Source: a virus
Taxonomy: Duplodnaviria > Caudoviricetes
Direction: 5' to 3' (one strand)
Virus record (IMG/VR): IMGVR_UViG_3300012346_000291
Coordinates: 2,339-66,338 of that record
DNA: 64,000 bases
Shown: positions 16,490-27,378 of the stretch, piece after piece
How the letters are laid out: each line of letters begins with the position of its first letter
Position numbering within the stretch: the first letter of the stretch is position 1
Program-made: the position numbers and the translations under genes
Notes under the pieces: generated by a model
Databases searched by the model: none
Told to the model about the DNA's origin: nothing
Seen by the model: only the letters and a program-made list of their open reading frames with translations

Positions 16490-16991
16490 TTTAGAAGCAG
16501 TAAAGACACTCGACTTTGTAGAAGAGTTCGTAGGATTTAAAATCTGTAACAAGTCAAGAAAGAGACCTATTGTAGAAGCGCGCATGATGTACGCTAAGCT
16601 AATGAGAAGGTACAGCCGTTGTAGTCTGTCGGAGATAGGAAAGTACATTGACAAAGACCACGCTACGGTAATTCACTACTTAGACAACTTCTCTTGGCTT
16701 AAGAAGACTGACCAAGGATTCTCAAGTAAGTTTGATTTACTTACAGATATGTACGAGGACTTCCGCAAGGCTTGGTTTGATGACGATGTTTACGACGACA
16801 AGAAAAAGATAAAGTTCTTGGAGGTGGCATTAGAGAAGGCGACTGAGGAAAGAGATAAGTATGAACGTTACTTCAAGAGACTTGAAAGAATTGACTCCAT
16901 CATTCAACTACTTGAGCAAAGGATACCTAAGGGTAATGAGGAGTACGCAGAGCAAAAAATAAATAGAATGTTTAACTCAATAGTTTTTTAA
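16479..16991 (+). CDS. DnaA domain IV-like HTH protein with coiled-coil tail
   Basis: SRKRPIVEARMMY...SLSEIGKYIDKDHATVIH. Confidence 0.75.
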   Translation: MGNNLEAVKTLDFVEEFVGFKICNKSRKRPIVEARMMYAKLMRRYSRCSLSEIGKYIDKDHATVIHYLDNFSWLKKTDQGFSSKFDLLTDMYEDFRKAWFDDDVYDDKKKIKFLEVALEKATEERDKYERYFKRLERIDSIIQLLEQRIPKGNEEYAEQKINRMFNSIVF

Positions 16992-16993
16992 TT

Positions 16994-17356
16994 ATGACAA
17001 GTAAAAAAGCAACAGAGATTGTATACGAGCTAAAGAAGAACGCTCAAGTTCCAATCATAGACCAAGTAATTTGGAGAGAGTATTCTGACGATGGTAACCA
17101 CAAAGAGTGGACATATCAACAGCTTGTTGAGCTGTCGCAGTTCAAAGACAAACACGTTGAGAATGTGGTAGAGTTATTTAATGAGCGCTCCGCTGCGGGA
17201 TACCGCAAGTACGGGACTACTCTTGAGAGAGACGACCTATCGCTAGACCAATGGCTTAATCATTTAATGGAGGAGCTGATGGACGCAACCCTTTACATTT
17301 CAAAAATTAGAGAGGAATTAAATAAAATTCCTAACTTTGGACATGGCTCAAAGTGA
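16994..17356 (+). CDS. Possible MazG-like nucleotide pyrophosphatase
   Basis: GYRKYGTTLERDDL...WLNHLMEELMDATLY. Confidence 0.45.
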   Translation: MTSKKATEIVYELKKNAQVPIIDQVIWREYSDDGNHKEWTYQQLVELSQFKDKHVENVVELFNERSAAGYRKYGTTLERDDLSLDQWLNHLMEELMDATLYISKIREELNKIPNFGHGSK

Positions 17357-17534
17357 TTTAGAAAATAAAAGGGCAATGCGCATACTGTTCATTATGAACA
17401 TATGCCATACTTCTTTGGATGATATCTACGAATCTTTAGTAGATAGAGACTTTGAGTTCGCTAGTGAAGAGATTCGCAATATAATACTAGAGCTAAGGTT
17501 AATCCTAAAATCAATTCCTGACGATGATTTCTGA
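17337..17534 (+). CDS. Hypothetical protein
   Basis: 65-aa ORF. Confidence 0.55.
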   Translation: MDMAQSDLENKRAMRILFIMNICHTSLDDIYESLVDRDFEFASEEIRNIILELRLILKSIPDDDF

Positions 17535-17922
17535 GAGCGAAGAGAATTTGCGAAGAGAGACAAAAGCCATTCAAACATTCGTAAAACTTTTTGACGGTAG
17601 GTTTGAAAAGCTATCTCCAAATGACATCGACTACAAAGTCTTTGATAAGAGTAACAATCTTATAGCATATGTGGAAGTGGTGGGTAGGTTTAAAACAATC
17701 AGGGACTCCTACCCCCTTCCCATAAGCACAAAGAAATTAATTAAGCTTTCCGATAAAATACTTAACCCCGTAATTCTATGGTCGTGCGACGACGGAATTA
17801 TTTATGGTAAAATAAAAAACCTTACAGGTGAGATAAAATATGGCTCCCATCCATTGTATGAACAGGAGCTGTATTCATTCTTTAATAAGCAGAAGGAGTT
17901 TAAGTACGTTAGGTATACCTAA
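17524..17922 (+). CDS. PD-(D/E)XK-like nuclease-fold protein
   Basis: DIDYKV...IAYVEV pattern. Confidence 0.45.
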   Translation: MISESEENLRRETKAIQTFVKLFDGRFEKLSPNDIDYKVFDKSNNLIAYVEVVGRFKTIRDSYPLPISTKKLIKLSDKILNPVILWSCDDGIIYGKIKNLTGEIKYGSHPLYEQELYSFFNKQKEFKYVRYT

Positions 17923-20900
17923 TTACTTTCTATAATCTCTGACGCTCTGCTTTATTTCTCTAATTCTATTTTTGAAATCTTCTAAAGCTTCTCTCTGCAT
18001 TTGTCTAGCTTCTGCAGCAGATATCTCTCTATCCTTTCTCATTTCACCTATTTCCTTATAGCTTGATTTTAATCCTGATTTCGCTGAGCTAATAAGCTCA
18101 CCCGCATTTTTAGGATTAGCCTTCTCTGCTCTATCTAAATCACCGTAGATGTAATCCATGGTAATCTTTCTGACGTCCTTGTAAAGAGGTAAGTATCCAA
18201 GTGAGCCTGCAATCTCCATTGGAACTCTAAGCGCACGCTCTTTCTTTTGACGCTCGATAGCATCCGCTCTTTTCTTATCATCCTCTGTAGCTTTCTTGCC
18301 TAGGTATCTTAAAGTTTTCACAGCAGGTGCAGCAGAGCCAAGTGTATTGATGTAGATGTCCATGATGTCTACGCCTTTACCCGTATCACCCTTAGGTTTC
18401 TCAGTAGGTATAATTGAGTACTGAAGAGCATCCTCATACATATCATACTCCCCATCTCTTAACGACTCAAGATACATCTCATTCATCTTCTCGATTCCGT
18501 AGTTAAGCGGAACGCGTGCAGCATTACCAAAGTTTCTACCGAACATCAAAGTTGTCATAGTTGAAGCAATCGCCTGACCAACTCGCTGCATTACAGTTTT
18601 GTCGTCTTCCTCTTCATCATCCTCATCATCACGGTATCCTAGTAATCCGGCTACCAAATCTATAAACCCATTTGCTAAAGTTCTTGTAGCTAATTGGTAT
18701 ACCATCATACGAGCGGTAACAGCAGCAATAAGAGCAACGCCTTCGGCTTTGTCTAGCTTATCGCCCTTCATTAGCATATTAATACCTGAGCGCGCAGTTT
18801 GATATTCAAACAATAAGAACTTACCCATGTAAGAGTTAAACTTCTTATACCATGCCGCTACTTCATTATCGTCAGGCTTAATAGTATTTCTTAAGATTCC
18901 AAGCGCGATGTTATCAGATGCACCCGCTTTTACAGTTGTATCGTCAGCCGTGTCCTTTGATTTATTAATAGCATCTTGATGCTTAGCCATGTAAGCCTCA
19001 TCGTTGTTTGCTATCTTTTCAAAGTCAACATCAGTCCCTGTTTCTTTTTTAAATTGTTTTGCAAACTCTCCAAACCAAAGAGGACGAATCATAACCATAT
19101 CCGGAGTTGACATCAACAAGTCAGCTGTTGTCTCAGTTGTGTTCTTAACTCTCTTTAATGATTGGTTGTATATTGTCTTAGCTGCATTCGCTACAATACC
19201 CTTAGCTTGGCTTCCCTTGATGCCGGCTGTTTGGTTGAATATCTCTGATGCTGCTAACTGACTAGATACTGTGCTAGATGAATAGATGCGGTTGGTTTGG
19301 ATACTATTAACGTTTTTAAGTACGTTGAACGCATCAGGAGACATAAGTAGTTTCCCGTATGATGCACCTAGTGCCCAACTTCTTGAGCCCTTCATTAGTA
19401 TGTAAGCCATGTTAGACATTGCCTCAGATGCCATACGAGGTACACCCGCAAGCACAGCACGATATCCTTGTCTTGATATTTCATTTATGACTCCCCTAGC
19501 CATACCCTCGCTCATGAATGTATTTCCAACAGCTGTGTCAACAATCTGAGTAAATGCAGCGTCAAGTGCTGTAACCAATGGGAGTTTGTCTTCAGTGATT
19601 TCATTATTATCAACCGCCTTCTCAAGCTCTCTCATTGTAAATCTACCTTGTCTAACTGCAGGGGTTAAGTGGTAGTCCATTAACACAGAGCTTGCACTTC
19701 TACGAACTGAAGAGAACGGGTCAAAGTTAATAGCGCTTACCTTACCTGTACGCTCAATTAATGTCTTGGCGCGTGTAGATGTTGTGCGGCTATTTCCAAA
19801 TACGTTTCTTAGTTCGTTGATTGAATCAAGCTGGTCGTTTCTTGTCTCTGAATTAATTACACCTAACGATATGTAATTTGCAATAGGAGTGATTCTGCTA
19901 CCACGAACGATAGCAGCGGTGTACTCAGCCTTCTCCGACATCATGTCGTTGATGGTTCGTATCTCAGCCAATATGTTTTTCTCTGTGGTGTTGAATGAAT
20001 CGTACATTTTATTCATGTCGATACCCATTACCTCGTTACCATCCTTGTCAAGTATTGGGTCGCCGTTCTCATCCTTCATTACGTCTTGGTAGTCGTTAAT
20101 GATTTGCTCAAACATCTTGACGTCCTCAGCTGAGTAGTAAGTTCTCTCTGCCTTGGTCTCCTTGATTGTCTTCTTCAAGAACTCAATAGCCGGGTTAACT
20201 TGTCTGCTGTTAGGGTTAGACTCGAACTCATTTTGAATCAACCACGTCATCATCTTGAACTTAGACATGGTGATTTTATTTTCGTTTCTACCAAACGCCT
20301 TAGCAAGTCTTTTCTCCATTGCGACTATTCTATCAGACACAACTCTGTTCTCAGCTGTAAATGCAGATAATGCTTGACCAATAGGCTTGAATATATTATC
20401 GTAGAATGGACGCTCCTTGAAGTTGCCAAATACCTCATCGATAAATGCAGAAGAGTTTCCTTCTAGTATATACTTATAGAAATTACCTTTTTTACGGAAC
20501 AATGCCTTCTTAGCGCCTGACTTCAATCGCTCACCAAGCATTACCTTAATACGGCCAATAGGACCAAGTAGATTATCTCTTTTAATAATACCATCCATCT
20601 TCTCAACCAACATCTGTGCGCGGTTAGTAATGAATCCATTATTGATGTTGTCTACAATCTTAAGTAGGTCATTCAGCTCCTGATTTGATAAGCTCTCTAT
20701 TGCGTCAGTCTTAAGGAACGCAGCCAACTTAGTAGCTAGGTTTCTCTCGTCTCTTGTAGGAAGAGTAGATGCATCAACCGGCTCAGACCTTAGGTCTACA
20801 ATAGCTTGGTCTCTCTCATCTTTGAGTTCTTGCTCACTCTTCTTAGCTCTTTCGGTAGGAGCAATCATACTTCTGTACTTCTTCATTACGCTTAAGTCGT

Positions 20901-23900
20901 ACTCATTGATGATACCATCCTCGAGCATTTTGTTAATCGTCTCGGTGTACTGAAGCTTACCGTTCTCCATAACCTTGTCCGGATAGTTCTCTAGTCTATC
21001 CATTAGGTCTGCTGCTAATCCTGACTCTACATCAATAGCCTCTGTTACCTCCTGTACCTTGTTAATCAACTCGGATATCTCAGGAAGAGTTAGCTCTGCT
21101 TGACGCTGACCAACGATATCAATAATTGATTTGTATGTGTCAAATACTGACATTGGAATAAACGAAGGCTTAACAGCAAGCATACTTTGTAGCATAGGAA
21201 CTAAGTCGTTAGCAATACCTAGTTTGCTCTTAACGTTTCTCCTAGCGGCAGGAAGCAATCTGTTGATAGTGGAAAGAGATTCCACGTACTCAGCGTTTTT
21301 AAATACGTTCTCAGCAAACTGCATGAAGCGGTCTACTGCAACCGAGTTGCTTAAGTTTAACTTGTTAACCTTTTCTAATAAAGCCTGTGCTTGCTTAGAT
21401 GTGATATTGCCACTAGTTTGCATTGCTTTAAGCTTTGCAGCAAGTACATTTCTCTTGGCCTTTAAGTCCGCTCTAACTTTTTTTCTTGCAGCAGCAGCGT
21501 ACTCCTTAACAACTGTGTTGATGCTGTCAATAAAGTCATTCAATGCATCGCTAGGTGCAATTGTAGTATCAGGCTGAACGCTTAGTGCTTGATTTATTTC
21601 AGCATTTGTATAGCCACGTTTCTTTAAAGATTGTTTAATGACGTCGTCAGATATTCCTTTATCCCTTCCAATCTCTACAATTTTATTGGCTATGTTCTGC
21701 TTACTAGCACGAGCTTTAGCTCCACCCTCAGCAGTTCTTGCATCAAACTTTCCACTTACTCTCTCTCCGGAGAATAAGTCTGCAAGACCAATGTTAATGA
21801 ACTCATCAAGTGTGAGTGACTCAATATTTTCTTTTTTGAATTTCTTTGAGGTAATGAACTGCTCCTTGATGTATTTAAACATTGCGTTCATCCAAGACTT
21901 AAACTGAGACTTTTTCGCAGCGTTAATAATAGTATCACCTTTAACAGCCATCAATTCAACGAGTGCCTCTTCTAATGCAAGGTCTCTATCTCCATACTCC
22001 TTAAGTGCTCTCTTATATTCAGGTGTCCCATCAACAAGCTCAAGACCTTTTTTAAGTAATGCCTTTCCTTTTGCTCCTGACTGTTTTGAACGTAAATAGT
22101 CAATCCAAATGTGACCAAATTCGTGTATTGGAGTACGAAGGGTATCAAAGTTTGGATTCAAAAAGATACGACCATCCTTGGTTACACCATAGATGACTGT
22201 TCCATCAGACTCACGAGTTCTAACTCCCTCTTGGTCTAAGAAGTCATTGAACTCTTGCTCTGTAGTTGTTACAGATACTTCCGGAAAAGCAAATCGAAGT
22301 TTACCTATAAGTAAATCCAAATCACCAATCTTGCCAAATCTAGCTTTAGTACCTCTAAATGCAGAATCCATGAAGAATGCGCCACCTGTTTGGTCAGCTA
22401 CCGCTTGAGTGTTTGGATACTCTCCCTTTGCGTTCTTTTTAAATACACGTGCAGCCTTAGCTCTAAACTCAGGGAATACATCAACGCCCTGCTTAGGGTT
22501 TGATATAAAAGAGATTAGGCGCCCCTTAGGACCAAAGCCATAGTTGTTATGCTTTGCCTTGCCAACGCCGCCATTAAGCACGTCAATACCCATTACAGCT
22601 ACCACATCCCCCATCTTAGACTTCATCATTGATGGGTCCCCTAGTTTGCTGTATATGAAATCAGAAGTGAATAGCTCGTTTCTTGGATTCTCTATACCAT
22701 TAAGCAATACTTTAATGGTATCCAAGCCATTGGTTGTTATTTCTTCAGGTGATATTAATTGGTCATATATGAAAGCTCTAATTGGCAAAGAGAACATATT
22801 GTTTTTACCTTGAGCTCTTTCTTGTGATTTTTCAATTATTTCTTTAAATAATCCATCAAGAGTGGTAATATTGTTTTTCTTGATGTAATCAATAATCATA
22901 AATGGAACAATCTTTTCAATCTTCTCATTTACATCAGCTACGATATCATCTAAAGTTCTTTCTCTTCCCTCCTTGTTTTTGGAAATCTTACTAAGAAATT
23001 TTTTAGCAGATTCTATTTTCTTTTTTGAATTTGCTTCATTAGTGATTATAGTATTTAAGTATTCTTTGATGTCATTGATTGTAGATAGCTCACCATTCTC
23101 AATTTTATCTGATAGCTCAGAAAACCATACAGATGATGAGTCGCCTTCAGCTCTTTTGTTCAATGACTCTACAAGCTGATTTAACGCAGCCTCTCTGTTC
23201 TCAATAGGCAATGACTCAATGTAAGGAAGAATGTATCTAAAAACTGCCTCATTTGAGTTGATAGCGGTATTACCCATACGCATTACAGCCATAGGGATAT
23301 GCCCTTTAGGTATTTTGCCCTCAGACCATAGTCTATCGAATAGCTCTTTGTTTGCGTTGTAAACCTGTACAGCTTCGTCGTATTGTTTTTGAGCTCCATC
23401 TTCCGTCACCCCTGCCCAAGCAAGCTCCATGTTGCGACCAAAGGTATTGAATAGCAATCCGCCATCAACAACCATTGAGTTGCCCATTGAGTCTTTAATT
23501 TTACCTCCTGATAAAATATCAGACATGGCCATAATCATAGGTATGCCATCAAAGTCCTCAATCTTTCTGAGCATTTCATCCTTGCTCTTAAGACCTAAGA
23601 ATTTAAGAACCTTATCAACTAATGACTTAGGCTGCTTGGAATCCTCTACAGGATTTAACTCAGCTTCGCCGCTTACAGTTGGTTCTTCAAATGCCTTCTC
23701 TTCATCAGACATTCTATCCATTTGCTCTGTAATCTCAGTCTCGCTGTTACGCGTATCTTCGAGCTCTTGCTCCTCTGCTCTCTTTCTAAATCTAGCAAAC
23801 GCAGATGGGTTTTCCTTCTTTGCCTTTAGCTCAGCTAATCGCTTATTAGATGCTAATCTTTCATCCTCAATCTTATCAGCAAGCTCAAAACCTAATTGAC

Positions 23901-26900
23901 GATTTCCGTTTCTATATGCACGGTCTCTTTCATTTTTAAGGTCTGCAAGTCTCCTATCACTTATATTCTTTTCGCTTTTAATTTTAGCGTCGATGTCAGC
24001 TATGAATCTCTCCTTAGCTTCCGTTGCAAGTTGTTTCTTGGTTTTCTTTTTAGCAGGTGCAGGTGCGGTTACAGGCGCAGCTTGTGTCGGTGTCTTTGAA
24101 GACACTCCTCTGCCTCTTCTTGATGGAGGAGCAGGTACAACTGCCTCTTCATCAACCTCAGCAGCAACTGCCGCAGCCTCCTCGTCTATAGCCTCCTCAA
24201 ATGCCAATCCTTCATCAGCCAACAACTGCTCAAATGTATCAAGCTCTTGCTGAACTTCCGGGGCTAACTGCTCCTCGACTACAGCAGCCTCTTCTACTTG
24301 TTCAGTAGGTTGTACGACTTCCTCTACAACAGGTTCTTGCTGTGTTTCTTGATTTACACCCAATTGGTTTAGGAAATCGATAGATAATTGACTATTACCT
24401 GACTGTGCAAATGCAATAGGGTCAGCTTCTAACTCAGCTAAAACCTCTTGTTTTGCAGATTCAAGCTCTTCATTATCGCCATATGCATTCTCTATAGCTT
24501 CTGTTTGAGCAGCTACATAATCATCTATGAGAGATTGTCTTTCTTCTTCAGTGATTGTTGGCTGAACTACTTCTTCTTCGACTGCTTGCTCACCTTCTTC
24601 GGTAACTTGCTCAGTTGTTGCTTGGGGTGCTCCTTGCGCCATTTCTCTGCTAACTCCGGTTTCTGGCTGTACAGGAACTTCACCTGTTGCTTGCTCTTGA
24701 ACGGCATTTTCTTGTGCTATTTCTTGTAAACGATTATTAATCTCGTTAATTCTATCCAATTGAGGCTTAACGAGGTTCGGGTCCTTCCCTTCTTTTTCTC
24801 TATCTAATTTTTCACGCTCAATCATTAACTCCAAAGATTCTGATTTGGCCTCAGGAGATAAGTTATCAGGCATTGAACGAACTTTGCCCTGTATATTGTT
24901 GAATGAATTTATAATTGTCTTAGCCTCATCACTTGTCATTTTACCTGTAAGCAAATCTGCTTTTAAGCTGTTGACCAATGCTGAGTTAATTCCTTCAATC
25001 TTTGTTGCATTTATTAATGCCTCAAGTTCTTCTTTTTTGTAAACTGAATTGAATCCAATCTGTAAAGCTTTAGGAGATGATTGAGCAATGGACATTACAC
25101 CACCCCCGATAGCTCCTAGATATCCCTCGTATGCAGCGTTAGTGAGTGCTTCTTGTAAACCCTTGTTTTTTGAAAAGTCCTTCTCTTTGTACGTATCATA
25201 AACTTCTTCAATCCCAACTTGAGAAAGTGATTGAGTAGCCTCTGTTAATGCTTCAGCTGCCGCACCAATTCCCGCTTTAACGCCAATCTCTGAAAATACA
25301 CTTGTAACGCTCGCATTTATAGCTGTTCTAATCTCAGCCTCTGTTGCCTCCTTGGATAACCCAAGGAAAGCACGTTTCATTATATTGTTTGTTAAGTTTC
25401 TACCAAACGCTGTTTTTGTTAGCGCCATGTCGACACCAAAGTTCTCAAGTACAGATGATAGAACTCCATACCCTGCAGATAGCAATACCTTATCAGTCTC
25501 AGGAATCTTTTCAGTCTTTCCTGTTTCTTTATTATAAAACTCAGCTCCGTCCAATTCGTCCTTCATCTCGTAGTAAGACATACCATAAAAACCGGCATAT
25601 CTTGCTGCACTACCTAATGCGCCTAATGGCGCAGATGATGCCATAACTCCTAATGATTCAGCTAAGCTAAACATAGCCTTAGAAAAGTCTCCTCTCTTCT
25701 CTGACTCAACATACTGAGTAGATGTGTCTCCGCCCGTAATAGCCTTAACCAAGTTGTCTTGGTCTTCCTTAGACATATCACCAAAGCTAAGTAGTCTAGG
25801 AATAGCTGTAACTCCCTCAACAAACTTGTAAGCCATTCCGCCGCCAAATGAACCTCTTGACTCCTCAATTATATAGTTCATGCCAATTGACTTGTCAAGT
25901 GCTTTTGATGCTGTAGATACAGATTTTAAATTAGCAGACACCTCTTTTGCTTGAGCTGCTAATGAAGTGTTTGATTCTTCAACAATGGCATCGTACTCTT
26001 CCATTGTCATTTCACCTGATTTAACTTTTTCAGCTAAGGTGTTTATTCTAGCCTGCTCTTCTTTTTGTTTTTTATCTAAATCAGCAGCTGACTTTTGTAC
26101 GTCATTGTAGTAATCTCCAATTATCTTAATGTCTCTGTCGTCTCTACGAATAGATGCGTATGCTTGTTTAGGGTCAATAGACTTATCAATACGAGTCATC
26201 TCGTAAACGTCTCTGAACTGCTCAGCCTTTGCCTTTACATATTCTTCCTTAGCCTCCTTTAATGGGGCTTGATACTTTTGCGATATTGGTTTTACAAGTT
26301 TTTCGCCCTCTTCCTTTTGTTTAACTAGTGCCATTGGGTCTACCGGTGCAAGAGGGTCGTTTAAAAACTTTTGAGTTCTATCTAATAAATTTTCTGCAGC
26401 TAATTTATTTGTAGCTACATCAATTTCTTTTTTACGTTGAGATTGAATTGAATCTATCTTTTGAGATGCTTTTACTGTATCACCCTTTGAATTTATTCTA
26501 ATGAATGTCTTTAACCCTTCTGCTTCTTCTTTATCACCATCCCAAGTCCAATTGTCTAGTTTAAGCTCCATTGTAGCTCCATTAGGAGCAACAACATTCA
26601 CTCTATCAGACATACCTCCTTGAGCGGTAAATTCAAATCCGGGGAATGATTGTCTTAATCTTTCAGCAACAGCGTCATCACTTGAGAATCTTGCTCCTAG
26701 CGCATCTTGACTTACAAGATTACCTGTAACAACTTGATTTAGTCTTTGCTCTAAGTCAGCGTCACGTTTTGCTTGATTAACTACTTGAGATTTTTGTTGC
26801 TCAGACATCGGCTTAACAGTCTTATTAAACTGTCTATTTAATGCACTAATTGAGCCTTCATTTGTAATAGTAGTCCACTCTGATTTACCCGGTTGACGTC

Positions 26901-27351
26901 TTTGCCAAGTGCCATCCTTTACTTGATACTCATTCTTCTCCTTACCCGGATATCCAACAAATACATTAGATGGCCTAGCTATCTCCTTAGGCTTTTTCTT
27001 TTCTTCCCCTAGTCCTGCTTTGTAAAAATCATCCTGTTTTTTAACAGTTGTTTTTACATCAACCTTAGGTTTAACCTCTTTGGAAGAAGAACCCGAAGTA
27101 GATTGAGCCAATTTGGAAGCCGATACGGTAGGTTCTTTTTTTTTTAATGGCTCTTGTTTAGAAGCCCCAATACCCATAAGGGCTTTGAAGTCATTTATGT
27201 CTCCATTATACCCACCTTGAGAAAAGATATCATGCGCATCTTTTAGCGCATTACCATTCGTAGATATCAGTTTTTTGAAATTTTCAATACTTCCATTGTA
27301 GCCACCTTGAGAGAACAAGGTATAGGCATCTTTAATAGCTTCTTCATTCAT
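17923..27351 (-). CDS. Giant virion/ejection-type polyvalent protein with zincin domain (3142 aa)
   Basis: TPIHEFGHIW...EEAL metallopeptidase motif; N-terminal FSQGGYNG repeat; acidic linker; last gene of the structural operon. Confidence 0.7.
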   Translation of the reverse strand: MNEEAIKDAYTLFSQGGYNGSIENFKKLISTNGNALKDAHDIFSQGGYNGDINDFKALMGIGASKQEPLKKKEPTVSASKLAQSTSGSSSKEVKPKVDVKTTVKKQDDFYKAGLGEEKKKPKEIARPSNVFVGYPGKEKNEYQVKDGTWQRRQPGKSEWTTITNEGSISALNRQFNKTVKPMSEQQKSQVVNQAKRDADLEQRLNQVVTGNLVSQDALGARFSSDDAVAERLRQSFPGFEFTAQGGMSDRVNVVAPNGATMELKLDNWTWDGDKEEAEGLKTFIRINSKGDTVKASQKIDSIQSQRKKEIDVATNKLAAENLLDRTQKFLNDPLAPVDPMALVKQKEEGEKLVKPISQKYQAPLKEAKEEYVKAKAEQFRDVYEMTRIDKSIDPKQAYASIRRDDRDIKIIGDYYNDVQKSAADLDKKQKEEQARINTLAEKVKSGEMTMEEYDAIVEESNTSLAAQAKEVSANLKSVSTASKALDKSIGMNYIIEESRGSFGGGMAYKFVEGVTAIPRLLSFGDMSKEDQDNLVKAITGGDTSTQYVESEKRGDFSKAMFSLAESLGVMASSAPLGALGSAARYAGFYGMSYYEMKDELDGAEFYNKETGKTEKIPETDKVLLSAGYGVLSSVLENFGVDMALTKTAFGRNLTNNIMKRAFLGLSKEATEAEIRTAINASVTSVFSEIGVKAGIGAAAEALTEATQSLSQVGIEEVYDTYKEKDFSKNKGLQEALTNAAYEGYLGAIGGGVMSIAQSSPKALQIGFNSVYKKEELEALINATKIEGINSALVNSLKADLLTGKMTSDEAKTIINSFNNIQGKVRSMPDNLSPEAKSESLELMIEREKLDREKEGKDPNLVKPQLDRINEINNRLQEIAQENAVQEQATGEVPVQPETGVSREMAQGAPQATTEQVTEEGEQAVEEEVVQPTITEEERQSLIDDYVAAQTEAIENAYGDNEELESAKQEVLAELEADPIAFAQSGNSQLSIDFLNQLGVNQETQQEPVVEEVVQPTEQVEEAAVVEEQLAPEVQQELDTFEQLLADEGLAFEEAIDEEAAAVAAEVDEEAVVPAPPSRRGRGVSSKTPTQAAPVTAPAPAKKKTKKQLATEAKERFIADIDAKIKSEKNISDRRLADLKNERDRAYRNGNRQLGFELADKIEDERLASNKRLAELKAKKENPSAFARFRKRAEEQELEDTRNSETEITEQMDRMSDEEKAFEEPTVSGEAELNPVEDSKQPKSLVDKVLKFLGLKSKDEMLRKIEDFDGIPMIMAMSDILSGGKIKDSMGNSMVVDGGLLFNTFGRNMELAWAGVTEDGAQKQYDEAVQVYNANKELFDRLWSEGKIPKGHIPMAVMRMGNTAINSNEAVFRYILPYIESLPIENREAALNQLVESLNKRAEGDSSSVWFSELSDKIENGELSTINDIKEYLNTIITNEANSKKKIESAKKFLSKISKNKEGRERTLDDIVADVNEKIEKIVPFMIIDYIKKNNITTLDGLFKEIIEKSQERAQGKNNMFSLPIRAFIYDQLISPEEITTNGLDTIKVLLNGIENPRNELFTSDFIYSKLGDPSMMKSKMGDVVAVMGIDVLNGGVGKAKHNNYGFGPKGRLISFISNPKQGVDVFPEFRAKAARVFKKNAKGEYPNTQAVADQTGGAFFMDSAFRGTKARFGKIGDLDLLIGKLRFAFPEVSVTTTEQEFNDFLDQEGVRTRESDGTVIYGVTKDGRIFLNPNFDTLRTPIHEFGHIWIDYLRSKQSGAKGKALLKKGLELVDGTPEYKRALKEYGDRDLALEEALVELMAVKGDTIINAAKKSQFKSWMNAMFKYIKEQFITSKKFKKENIESLTLDEFINIGLADLFSGERVSGKFDARTAEGGAKARASKQNIANKIVEIGRDKGISDDVIKQSLKKRGYTNAEINQALSVQPDTTIAPSDALNDFIDSINTVVKEYAAAARKKVRADLKAKRNVLAAKLKAMQTSGNITSKQAQALLEKVNKLNLSNSVAVDRFMQFAENVFKNAEYVESLSTINRLLPAARRNVKSKLGIANDLVPMLQSMLAVKPSFIPMSVFDTYKSIIDIVGQRQAELTLPEISELINKVQEVTEAIDVESGLAADLMDRLENYPDKVMENGKLQYTETINKMLEDGIINEYDLSVMKKYRSMIAPTERAKKSEQELKDERDQAIVDLRSEPVDASTLPTRDERNLATKLAAFLKTDAIESLSNQELNDLLKIVDNINNGFITNRAQMLVEKMDGIIKRDNLLGPIGRIKVMLGERLKSGAKKALFRKKGNFYKYILEGNSSAFIDEVFGNFKERPFYDNIFKPIGQALSAFTAENRVVSDRIVAMEKRLAKAFGRNENKITMSKFKMMTWLIQNEFESNPNSRQVNPAIEFLKKTIKETKAERTYYSAEDVKMFEQIINDYQDVMKDENGDPILDKDGNEVMGIDMNKMYDSFNTTEKNILAEIRTINDMMSEKAEYTAAIVRGSRITPIANYISLGVINSETRNDQLDSINELRNVFGNSRTTSTRAKTLIERTGKVSAINFDPFSSVRRSASSVLMDYHLTPAVRQGRFTMRELEKAVDNNEITEDKLPLVTALDAAFTQIVDTAVGNTFMSEGMARGVINEISRQGYRAVLAGVPRMASEAMSNMAYILMKGSRSWALGASYGKLLMSPDAFNVLKNVNSIQTNRIYSSSTVSSQLAASEIFNQTAGIKGSQAKGIVANAAKTIYNQSLKRVKNTTETTADLLMSTPDMVMIRPLWFGEFAKQFKKETGTDVDFEKIANNDEAYMAKHQDAINKSKDTADDTTVKAGASDNIALGILRNTIKPDDNEVAAWYKKFNSYMGKFLLFEYQTARSGINMLMKGDKLDKAEGVALIAAVTARMMVYQLATRTLANGFIDLVAGLLGYRDDEDDEEEDDKTVMQRVGQAIASTMTTLMFGRNFGNAARVPLNYGIEKMNEMYLESLRDGEYDMYEDALQYSIIPTEKPKGDTGKGVDIMDIYINTLGSAAPAVKTLRYLGKKATEDDKKRADAIERQKKERALRVPMEIAGSLGYLPLYKDVRKITMDYIYGDLDRAEKANPKNAGELISSAKSGLKSSYKEIGEMRKDREISAAEARQMQREALEDFKNRIREIKQSVRDYRK
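24090..24105. repeat. Dispersed palindrome, copy 7 (encodes V-S-S-K-T)
   Basis: In the low-complexity linker of the giant protein. Confidence 0.9.
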
Positions 27352-27378
27352 GATGTAAATTTAAGTATTTTTAATTTA

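Noticed and set aside
17920-17925. Zero-gap convergence of the two transcription blocks
   Set aside because: The stop codons abut with no visible terminator or att-like site; this is common in compact phage genomes.
23500-23570. DFDG in the giant protein as an RNA polymerase catalytic motif
   Set aside because: The sequence is EDFDGI and lacks the third Asp of DxDxD; no other polymerase motifs were recognised.
18599-26000. Antisense ORFs in the track opposite large genes
   Set aside because: Shadow frames of well-supported genes, with no start context and compositions that mirror the sense codons.
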